Positions 52,707 to 60,696 of a stretch of 64,000 bases of DNA are shown in pieces (the stretch's first letter is position 1; every line of letters starts with the position of its first letter). Made by a program: the position numbers and the translations under genes. The DNA comes from an uncultured Acidobacteriota bacterium. Its GTDB lineage: Bacteria; Acidobacteriota; Polarisedimenticolia; J045. The stretch lies in NCBI GenBank assembly GCA_963702425.1, contig CAVPCQ010000019.1:112704-176703 (forward strand). The letters are read 5' to 3'. Below the pieces are notes generated by a model. That model saw only the letters and a list, made by a program, of their open reading frames with translations, searched no databases and was not told where the DNA came from.

Positions 52707-54640
52707 TCGGCGATCCCCAGGAGGCGGCGAAGCTCGGCCACGGGGCGCGGCTTCGCGAGGCGCGGAAGGTGGTGGATGATCTCTTCGTACGACGTCAACC
52801 CCTGGGCGGCCTTCACGATCCCGTCCTCGAGCAGCGTCACCAGGCCGCTGGTCTCGGTGCTGACGCGGCGGATCTCGTAGGAGGTCTTGCGCGCCAGCAC
52901 CGCTTCCTTGACCGGCTCGTTCAGGACCAGCAGCTCGAAGACCGCGACGCGGCCGCGGTAGCCGAGGTGCCGGCAGGCCGGGCAGCCGGCGCCGAGCTTG
53001 AAGCTCACCCCCTTGATGTCGCGCGGCTCGTACCCCAGCCGGCGCAGCTCGTGCGGCGACAGCACGCGGTCCTCGGCGCACTTGGTGCAGACCCGCCGGA
53101 CCAGCCGCTGGGCGACCACGCTGACCACCGTCGAGGAGATCAGGAAGGCCTCGATGTTCATGTTCAGCAGGCGCAGCAGGCCGCCGATCGAATCCTCGGT
53201 GTGGAACGTCGTCAGCACCTTGTGCCCGGTCAGCGCGGCCTGGATCGCCGTCTCGGCCGAGAACTGGTCGCGGATCTCGCCGATCACGATGATGTCGGGA
53301 TCCTGCCGGACGATGTGCTTGAGCGTCTCCTCGTAGGAGACGCTGATCTTGGGGTTGATCGAGCACTGCGAGATCCCGTCGATCACGTACTCGACCGGGT
53401 CCTCGGCCGTGATGATGCTGGTCTTGGCGTCGTTGAGGTGGTTGACCGACGCGTAGAGCGTCGTCGTCTTCCCCGAGCCGGTCGGCCCGGTGATGATCAC
53501 GACGCCCGACGGCGCGTCGAGTGCGTCCTCGACGAACCGCTGGAGCATCCTCGGCGCCATCCCGACGTCTTTGATCTCGAGCAGCGTCTCGCGGTTGTTC
53601 AAGAGGCGCAGGACCGTCTTCTCGCCGTGAATCGTGACGTAGAACGAGGCCCGGATGTCGATCGCGCCGTTGCCGGTCTCGTAGAGGATGCGGCCGTCCT
53701 GGTGGCGGCGGCGTTCCGCGATGTCGGCCCCGGCGAGGATCTTGATCCGGCTGGTCAGGGACGAGGCCATCTCGAGCGGGATGTCCTTGTAGGGGACGAG
53801 GGTTCCGTCGCGCCGCATCCGGATCCGCAGCCGGTCCTTCATCGGCTCGAAGTGGATGTCGCTGGCGCGCTCCTTGATCGCGTCCTGGAGGATCGACTGT
53901 GCGGCCGCGACGATGACGTTCTCGGTGGCGCTGACCGCGGGGGCCGGCGCGTCGGCCTGCTCGAGGCGGGTGATCGCGGTCTCGATCGCCTTCCGGCTGG
54001 CCAGGCCGAAGCTGATGTTCTCGCCGAAGATCCGCTTGGCGGCGGCGATGTGGTTCGGCTCGAGCGGGTTCGCGAAGGCGATCAGCACCGAACCGTCGGT
54101 GGTCGAGATCGGCAGAAACTCGTGCGTCTTGTAGACGCGCGTCGGCGCCATCTTGGCCAGTTTCTTGTCGGCGATGCACTCGGATGACGGGATATGCGTG
54201 TAGCCCAGCTGGTAGGCGAGCACGCTGAACAGCTCGGTCTCGGAGATGAGGTGGTTGTCCACCAGCACCTCGCCGAGCCGCGCGCCGGGCTTCTCCTTCT
54301 GGATCGCGAGTGCCGTCTTGAGGTCGGCCTCGGAGACGTAGCCCAGCTCGACCAGCAGGTCGCCCAACTTGATCGAGACCCGGTTGGCCTGGAGCGTCTT
54401 CCGGATCTGTTCATCCGTGACGTAGTTCAGCTCTTCCATCACCTGCAGGAGCGGCTTCGGCGACGGCAGCTTGGCGTGGACGCGCTGGGCGTAGCGCAGC
54501 TGCTCCGGCGTCAGGAGCCCCCCGGCAAGGAGTAGCTCGGCGATCGCCGTGCCGGCCGACGACGGGACGGGGCCGGTGGGTTCGGGTGGCTGCGTTTTCG
54601 GCTCGGCGGCCTTGGTCGGGCGTTCTTCGACCTCGATCAT
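52703..54640 (-). CDS. GspE/PilB secretion ATPase with MshEN-like N-terminal motifs
   Basis: KLGDLLV, RLGEVLV; ASDIHFEP, GPTGSGKTTT, EDPVE, RQDPDII, CTKC/CPAC. Confidence 0.9.
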   Translation of the reverse strand: MIEVEERPTKAAEPKTQPPEPTGPVPSSAGTAIAELLLAGGLLTPEQLRYAQRVHAKLPSPKPLLQVMEELNYVTDEQIRKTLQANRVSIKLGDLLVELGYVSEADLKTALAIQKEKPGARLGEVLVDNHLISETELFSVLAYQLGYTHIPSSECIADKKLAKMAPTRVYKTHEFLPISTTDGSVLIAFANPLEPNHIAAAKRIFGENISFGLASRKAIETAITRLEQADAPAPAVSATENVIVAAAQSILQDAIKERASDIHFEPMKDRLRIRMRRDGTLVPYKDIPLEMASSLTSRIKILAGADIAERRRHQDGRILYETGNGAIDIRASFYVTIHGEKTVLRLLNNRETLLEIKDVGMAPRMLQRFVEDALDAPSGVVIITGPTGSGKTTTLYASVNHLNDAKTSIITAEDPVEYVIDGISQCSINPKISVSYEETLKHIVRQDPDIIVIGEIRDQFSAETAIQAALTGHKVLTTFHTEDSIGGLLRLLNMNIEAFLISSTVVSVVAQRLVRRVCTKCAEDRVLSPHELRRLGYEPRDIKGVSFKLGAGCPACRHLGYRGRVAVFELLVLNEPVKEAVLARKTSYEIRRVSTETSGLVTLLEDGIVKAAQGLTSYEEIIHHLPRLAKPRPVAELRRLLGIAE

Positions 54641-54737
54641 GACGCTCCCCGGGGGCCCGCCGCCGGCCGGAACCGACCGGACCGGAGCGAACGGGTTCCC
54701 TCCGGGACACTCGTCGGCCGGGGCGGGGGGGACTTGA

Positions 54738-54830
54738 GGGGGATCGCAGGGGCCGGCCTGCGTGCCGGCCCGAACGACGCGCGGGGGGGGGGGTGCGGGC
54801 CGGCACGGAGGCCGGCCCCTACGATCCCCC
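54738..54830. repeat. Inverted GTAG-family REP doublet (REPIN-like)
   Basis: GCAGGGGCCGGCCTGCGTGCCGGCCC (54746-54771) facing GGGCCGGCACGGAGGCCGGCCCCTAC (54797-54822). Confidence 0.75.
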
Positions 54831-54862
54831 GGCCGCGCGACGTCGCGTCCCGGCCCGATGTC

Positions 54863-56947
54863 CTACCAGACGGCGCAGGTCTTCTCCGGGTGCATCGGGG
54901 TTCCGGCCTTGCACTGGAACGCCGCCGAGAACTCCGGCAGGTGCGAGACCGGCGCGTTGACCCGGAACTTCGGCGGTGAGTGCGGGTCGACCGTGGCCAG
55001 CACGCGCTCGATCTCCGGCGTCTGCAGCGAGCACCAGGTCTGGGCGAACCCGACGAAGAACAGCTGGTCGTCGGTCAGCCCCGGAACGGCCGGCGTCTCG
55101 GACGGGTTCTTCCTGGCCCACTCCCGATACGCTCGGTATGAGTACTTGATCCCGCCGAAGTCGGCGATGTTCTCGCCCAGGGTCAGCTCGCCGTTGAGCT
55201 TCACGCCGGGCTGGACCTCGAACGTCCCGTACAGGTCCTTGATGCACGCCGCCTGCTTCTCGAACTTCTCGCTGACGGCCGGCTCCCACCACTCCTTGAG
55301 CTGGCCGTCCGGCGCGAACTTGCGCCCCTCGTCGTCGTAGCCGTGCGTCAGCTCGTGCCCGACGACCATCCCGATCCCGCCGAAGTTCATCGCCATCGGG
55401 TACGACTGGTCGAAGAACGGCGGCTGCAGGATGCCGGCGGGGAAGACCATCTCGTTCCAGAGCGGGTTGTAGTAGGCGTTGACGGTGGGCGAGGACATCC
55501 CCCACTCGGAGCGGTCGACCGGTTTGCCGATCTTGTCGGCCTGGCGCCGGAACTCGAACACGTCGGCCCGCTGGGCGTTGCCGAAGAAGTCGCCGGCCTT
55601 CACCTCGAGCTTGCCGTAATCGATCCACTTGTCGGGGTAGCCGACCTTGTTGACCAGCGTCGCCAGCTTGCCGGCGGCGCGCTTCTGCGTCGCCTCGTCC
55701 ATCCACGAGAGGTTTCCGAGGCCGACTCCGAACGACTCCTCGACGGCCTGGATCATCTCCTTCGCGGTCTTCTTGCTCGAGCCCGGGAACTGCCTGTCGA
55801 CGAACAGCCTGCCGACGATCTCCGGCATCGCGCCGTCGGTGGCTATGACGCAGCGCTTCCAGCGGGCCTGCAGCTCCTTCTGGCCGGCCAGCGTCTTACC
55901 GTAGAAGTCGAAGTTCTGGTCGACGAAGGCCTTGGGAAGGCGTGAGGCCGAACCACGCAGCAGGTTCCAGCGCAGGTAGCTCTGGAGCGTGGCCGGCGGG
56001 GTGGTAGCGGCCACCTTGGCCAGCCCCTCGAAGAACTCCGGCGTCGCGACGTTGACGTCCTTGGGGGCCGAGAGCGTCGCCGCAGCCAGGAAGTCGTTCC
56101 ACGGCAGGCCCGGCGTCATCTTCTGCAGGCCGGCCATGTCGCTCTTGTTGTAGAGCTTCTCGACATCACGCATCGCGGCGCGCTCGCGCGAGAACTTCGC
56201 CAGCTCCGTCTCGAAGGCGACGACCGACTTCGCGGCCGCGGCTGCGACCTCGGGCTTGTCGCCCATCAGTTCGAACATCTTCGTGACGTTCTGCTCGTAC
56301 CCGGTGCGCATCGTCTTGCTGCGCTCGTCGTCCTTCACATAGTAGTCACGGTCCGGAAGGCCCAGGCCGCCCTGGATCAGCATCGCCATGTTGACGTTGG
56401 GGTTCTTGAAGTCGGGCTCGACACCCAGCCCGAACAGCGGGCCGTAGGTCAGCGCCTGCATCTTCCCGGCGACCGTCATCAGCGACGCGCCGTCCTTGAC
56501 CGTCGCGATCTCCTCGAGCATCGGCTCGAGCGGCTTGACCCCCAGCTCCTCGATCTTCGCCTCGTCCATGCAGGAGGCGTAGAACGCGCCGGCCTTCTTC
56601 TCCTCGTCGCTCTTCGCGCCCTTCGCCGCCTGCTCGAGGATCTCCTTCAGGACGAGCCGGTTGCGCTCCGCGATCTCGGCGAAACCGCGACCCCAGCGCG
56701 ACTGGTCGGCGGGGAGCTTGGTCGAATCGAGCCAACCGCCGCAGGCGTAGCGGTAGAAGTCGGTGCAGGGGTCGGCCTTGGCGTCCATCGCGGCCAGGAC
56801 CGTCCGGGCGGCGGGGGAGGGGGCGGCGGCGGTCGCCGTGGGAGCGGGCGACGGCGACGGCTGGGCGGCCGTTTCGGCCAGAGCGGCCGGGGCGAGCAGG
56901 AGCGCGACGAAGAGCATCGGGACGAGAAGCGGGCGACGGCGGTTCAT
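54863..56947 (-). CDS. M13 family metallopeptidase
   Basis: DPCTDFYRYACGGW, VNAYY, HELTH, GENIAD. Confidence 0.95.
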   Translation of the reverse strand: MNRRRPLLVPMLFVALLLAPAALAETAAQPSPSPAPTATAAAPSPAARTVLAAMDAKADPCTDFYRYACGGWLDSTKLPADQSRWGRGFAEIAERNRLVLKEILEQAAKGAKSDEEKKAGAFYASCMDEAKIEELGVKPLEPMLEEIATVKDGASLMTVAGKMQALTYGPLFGLGVEPDFKNPNVNMAMLIQGGLGLPDRDYYVKDDERSKTMRTGYEQNVTKMFELMGDKPEVAAAAAKSVVAFETELAKFSRERAAMRDVEKLYNKSDMAGLQKMTPGLPWNDFLAAATLSAPKDVNVATPEFFEGLAKVAATTPPATLQSYLRWNLLRGSASRLPKAFVDQNFDFYGKTLAGQKELQARWKRCVIATDGAMPEIVGRLFVDRQFPGSSKKTAKEMIQAVEESFGVGLGNLSWMDEATQKRAAGKLATLVNKVGYPDKWIDYGKLEVKAGDFFGNAQRADVFEFRRQADKIGKPVDRSEWGMSSPTVNAYYNPLWNEMVFPAGILQPPFFDQSYPMAMNFGGIGMVVGHELTHGYDDEGRKFAPDGQLKEWWEPAVSEKFEKQAACIKDLYGTFEVQPGVKLNGELTLGENIADFGGIKYSYRAYREWARKNPSETPAVPGLTDDQLFFVGFAQTWCSLQTPEIERVLATVDPHSPPKFRVNAPVSHLPEFSAAFQCKAGTPMHPEKTCAVW

Positions 56948-57076
56948 GAGCTGGGTTCCTCCGCGGGAATGAGGCGCCAAGACTGTCGCCTGCCGGCGGT
57001 TTTCGCAAAAGTGCCGACCGGCCGGGCGGTCGGGCCGGGGCGACGAGCGGCTGTCCGCGGACGGCCGCGCGAGTGC

Positions 57077-57198
57077 GGGCCGGCACGGAGGCCGGCCCCT
57101 ACGGTGGTGGGCCGGCACGGAGGCCGGCCCCTGCGGTCGTGGGTCGGCACGGAGGCCGGCCCCGGCGGTCGTGGGCCGGCACGGAGGCCGGCCCCTAC
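57077..57198 (-). repeat. Four tandem GTAG-family REP units, 32-bp period
   Basis: Units start at 57077, 57109, 57141, 57173; reverse complement GTAGGGGCCGGCCTCCGTGCCGGCCC. Confidence 0.8.
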
Positions 57199-58076
57199 AG
57201 GTCGTCGAGCGACCGCGGCCAGTCCTTGCCCAGCAGGCGCGAGAGGGCGCGGTCGGCGAGCACCTGCCCACCGGTCTGGCAGCGCGCGCAGTAGTTGCAC
57301 TCGCTTTCGGCCCGCACGATCCGCTGGACCGGGGCGCCGCAGTCGGGACACGGCTGCCTGAATCGTCCGTGCACCGCCATCCCGTCACGGAACGCCGTCA
57401 CCTTCTCGGGCCACCCGTCGCCGGTTTCCGCGACCAGCCGGTCCCGCCACCCGCGCAGCACGGCCTGCGACGCCTCATGCAGCCGCGCGACCTCGGGCCC
57501 GGACAGGTTCTGGGTCAACTGGAGCGGCGAGAGGCGGGCCCGGTGCAGGATCTCGTCGGAGTAGGCGTTGCCGATCCCGGCGAAGAGCCGCGGATCGGTC
57601 AGCGCGCGCTTGAGGGTGTGATTCTCGCGCGCGAGCGCCGCAGCGAACGCCTCGAGCCCGGCGGCCAGCGGCTCGATCCCGCCGCGATCCAGCGCCGCCA
57701 GCGCGTCGCGGCCCCGGACCAGGTGGAGCGAGGCGCGCCGCTTCGACCCGGCCTCGGTGATCACGAGGGTCCCCGCGTCGAAGTCGACGGCGGCCAACCC
57801 GAGCTTTCCCGGGACCGGCGCCCCGGGAGGGCGCCAGCGTAGCCGGCCGGCGATCATCAGGTGGAGCACCGCAAACAGCTCCCCCTCGCACCCGAACACG
57901 ATCCGCTTTCCCAGCCGCTCGAGTCCGGTGACCCGCTTCCCGGCGAACTCCTCCGGGCGGGGATCCACGGTCCGCAGGAGAAACGGACTGGTAAGTCGCC
58001 ACCGGAGGAGCCGTGTGCCGTGGATCCGGCGCCGCAGGCAGGAGAGATAGAGTTCGAGGTCTGGCAGTTCGGGCAC
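57195..58076 (-). CDS. Fpg/Nei family DNA glycosylase
   Basis: PELPD N-terminus, HLMIAG, GIGNAYSDEIL, CPDC...CARCQ zinc finger. Confidence 0.92.
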   Translation of the reverse strand: MPELPDLELYLSCLRRRIHGTRLLRWRLTSPFLLRTVDPRPEEFAGKRVTGLERLGKRIVFGCEGELFAVLHLMIAGRLRWRPPGAPVPGKLGLAAVDFDAGTLVITEAGSKRRASLHLVRGRDALAALDRGGIEPLAAGLEAFAAALARENHTLKRALTDPRLFAGIGNAYSDEILHRARLSPLQLTQNLSGPEVARLHEASQAVLRGWRDRLVAETGDGWPEKVTAFRDGMAVHGRFRQPCPDCGAPVQRIVRAESECNYCARCQTGGQVLADRALSRLLGKDWPRSLDDL

Positions 58077-58155
58077 ATGCGGATTATCTCTGCGCCTGGT
58101 GCAACTCCCCGGGCAGGTTGTGCGTTGTAAAGGTGCCTGGAGAGCAACTGATCGG

Positions 58156-58491
58156 ATGTCCACGGAGGACCCCATGAGCGCCACCCCGACGATCGCCTTC
58201 CGCCCGCCCGCCGTCGCCGGCACGCCGTCGGCCGGCCGGCCGGCCTTGCTGGCGCCGGGAGCCTGGCTGGAGTCCCGCGCCGCCTGCCCGCCGCCCCTCC
58301 TGACGCGCCTGCGCACGGTCCTCAGCGGGCTCGGCACGGAATCCTGCCCGACGCTGCGTCCCGATCTCCGCCGACCCGGGCTGTATGACCTGTGCCTCGA
58401 CGGCTGGGCGATCTGCCTCCTCGTCTACCCGGGCGGGCGCGGCGCGCGGGTCCTGGCCGCCGTCCCCCTGGGTGGCCGCCGCGGAGACTGA
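58156..58491 (+). CDS. Hypothetical protein
   Basis: Open frame with GGAGG before ATG 58174; no recognised motif. Confidence 0.4.
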   Translation: MSTEDPMSATPTIAFRPPAVAGTPSAGRPALLAPGAWLESRAACPPPLLTRLRTVLSGLGTESCPTLRPDLRRPGLYDLCLDGWAICLLVYPGGRGARVLAAVPLGGRRGD

Positions 58492-58594
58492 CTCGCACCT
58501 GAGGGTTGTCACCGGGGCCGGACGGACACACAATCCCTGCTCGGCGAGGGCCTCACCGAGCCCGCTGCCACTCGCCCCCCGGAGGACGATCCGT

Positions 58595-58990
58595 ATGGTT
58601 TCCAGCAAGGTTCTGGCCGGGCGACTCGCGCTTGTCGCGGGCGCCTTCCTCATGTGTGCCGCGTGGCCGGCGGCGGCGAGTGCCGAAGAGTGCCTGGAGG
58701 GCTGTCGCCAGCAGGTGTGCGCAGACCGCGAGGCCTGCGAGGATCTGCTCGAGCAGCAGCGTGCCGAAGCCGACCGCCGGGCGCAGGAGTGCGCGCAGAG
58801 CTTCCCGGCGCAGTCGGCCGGTTACCGCGCCTGCATGAAGCGGGCCTCGAGCACGCGGACGAAGACCAGCGCGGAGTACAGGCGCTGCATCAATCTGGCC
58901 AACACCGCGGGGGGCGCGTGCGCGCGCGCGTGCGTCCCGTCGCCCAGCAAGCCGATCCCGGTGCCGGGGCCCATCCAGATCTGCCCGTAG
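58595..58990 (+). CDS. Small secreted cysteine-rich protein
   Basis: GGAGGA RBS; signal peptide ending AASA; 10 Cys in the mature part. Confidence 0.7.
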   Translation: MVSSKVLAGRLALVAGAFLMCAAWPAAASAEECLEGCRQQVCADREACEDLLEQQRAEADRRAQECAQSFPAQSAGYRACMKRASSTRTKTSAEYRRCINLANTAGGACARACVPSPSKPIPVPGPIQICP

Positions 58991-59154
58991 CGGCCCCAGG
59001 GGCGTGCCGGCCCGTTCCGGGCCGGGAACCCATCCGCGAGCGGGGCCGCGTTCCGGCTCCGCTCGCACCTTTTCTACCCCCCGCATTGCCTCCCCGCGCC
59101 TTTGGGGCGAGACTCCCGCGTTCGCCCGGCCGCCTGCCGGGTCCCGGAGACCGC

Positions 59155-60261
59155 ATGAGATCGTCGACTCGCGCCCCGTTTGCCCTCGTATTCCTCGCCC
59201 TCGCGGCGCTCCTTGCGATGTCCTGCAAGGGCGGCGCCGAGAAGGCTCCTGCCGCCGAGACGCCGGCCAAGCCCGCGGCCGGGGCCAAGGTCCCGGTCGG
59301 CCCGACGACGATCGTTGCGGTCGTCAACGGCGAGAACATCACGCTCGCCGACGTCGACAAGGAGGCCTCCACCCAGCTCCGCCAGCTCCGCCGCCAGGCG
59401 GCTGAGCAGGAACAGCTCCTGCGCCAGGGAGCGCTCGAGGCGATGGTCGCCAAGCGGCTCGTCGAGGCCGAGGCCAAGAAGCGCGGGATCGCCGAGGAGG
59501 AGCTGCTCCGGGTCGAGATCGAGCAGAAGACCCCGGCACCGACCGAAATCGAGATGCGCGAGTTCTACGCCAACAACCAGGCCCGGATGCCCGGCACGTT
59601 CGACCAGGTCAAGGGTCAGCTGGGTCCCTACCTGCAGAACCAGAAGGCGCAGAAGAGACTGGTCGAGTACATCGGGCAGCTGCGCAGCGCGTCCCAGGTC
59701 ACGCTATCGCTGCCCCAGCCCGAGCTGCCGCGGGTGGAGGTGGCCGCCACCGGACCCGCCCGCGGCCCCGCCAGCGCGCCGGTCACGATGGTCGTCTTCT
59801 CCGACTTCGAGTGCCCCTACTGCGCGAAGAGCAAGCCGGTGATCGACCAGGTCGCCAGCACCTACGGCGACAAGGTCCGGATCGTCTTCCGCGACTACCC
59901 GCTGCCGTTCCACGCCCGGGCGCCGAAGGCTGCCGAGGCCGGGCACTGCGCCGACGCCCAGGGGAAGTTCTGGCTGTTCCACGACTACCTGTTCGAGCAC
60001 CAGGACAAGCTCGAAGTCTCCGACCTGAAGGCCGCGGCGCTCGCGGTCGGCCTCGACGGCGCGGCGTTCGACGCCTGCCTCGACGGCGGCAAGATGGCGG
60101 AGGCGGTCCAGAAGAATGCCGAGGCCGGCAAGGAGGCCGGGATCAGCGGCACGCCGGCGTTCTTCGTCAACGGCGTGGCGCTCGACGGCGCCCAGCCGTT
60201 CGAGGCCTTCCAGAAGGTCATCGACGCGGAACTGGCGGGGACAGCAACCGTAAGCCGGTAA
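59155..60261 (+). CDS. DsbA-family thioredoxin lipoprotein with SurA-like N-terminal domain
   Basis: LAMSC lipobox, VAVVNGENIT, FSDFECPYC, GTPAFFVNG. Confidence 0.88.
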   Translation: MRSSTRAPFALVFLALAALLAMSCKGGAEKAPAAETPAKPAAGAKVPVGPTTIVAVVNGENITLADVDKEASTQLRQLRRQAAEQEQLLRQGALEAMVAKRLVEAEAKKRGIAEEELLRVEIEQKTPAPTEIEMREFYANNQARMPGTFDQVKGQLGPYLQNQKAQKRLVEYIGQLRSASQVTLSLPQPELPRVEVAATGPARGPASAPVTMVVFSDFECPYCAKSKPVIDQVASTYGDKVRIVFRDYPLPFHARAPKAAEAGHCADAQGKFWLFHDYLFEHQDKLEVSDLKAAALAVGLDGAAFDACLDGGKMAEAVQKNAEAGKEAGISGTPAFFVNGVALDGAQPFEAFQKVIDAELAGTATVSR

Positions 60262-60344
60262 GCCGGTCGAATCGGGGACAGCAACCGTAAGTCGGTAAGT
60301 CGGGCACTCGCCGCCGACTTACCGACTTACGGTTGCTGTCCCCG
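60236..60344. repeat. 31-bp repeat triplet (two direct, one inverted)
   Basis: CGGGGACAGCAACCGTAAGYCGGTAAGYCGG at 60236 and 60273, inverted at 60314-60344. Confidence 0.85.
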
Positions 60345-60696
60345 TTCCGCGCTCGCGCACGAGAACTTGCGCGGAAGCCCGCGTCTTCTGCGCGCGTGCA
60401 TCACCACTCTGCCCTTCCCCCATTCTTACCTTGATCGTCGCATTACTCATGCAGCGCTCATTGGCACCGGCGGGGGTGAGGGGCGGAACTGACTCGGGAC
60501 TGCAGGCGTGTCAGCGCCCGCCGCGGCGCCGACTGGGTGGCGCCGCGCTCTCTGCGGGTCGGGGGCGGTCGGGACCCTGTTGCGGAGCCATCAAACTGGG
60601 CGCCTCGCGGATGTTTGCTCCCCGGCGGCGTCCCGGTGGCGCGATCGCTGTGAGACACGAGGCCTCCCGGAGCGTCACTTCACGCAGGAGGTCCCC

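Noticed and set aside
52769-54187. Long antisense ORF (472 aa) and similar shadow ORFs elsewhere
   Set aside because: Expected opposite GC3-rich real genes; no motifs.
57077-57198. 32-bp periodic array as a mini-CRISPR
   Set aside because: Spacers are only 6 bp and nearly constant; the unit is a GTAG-hairpin REP also found at 54.8 kb.
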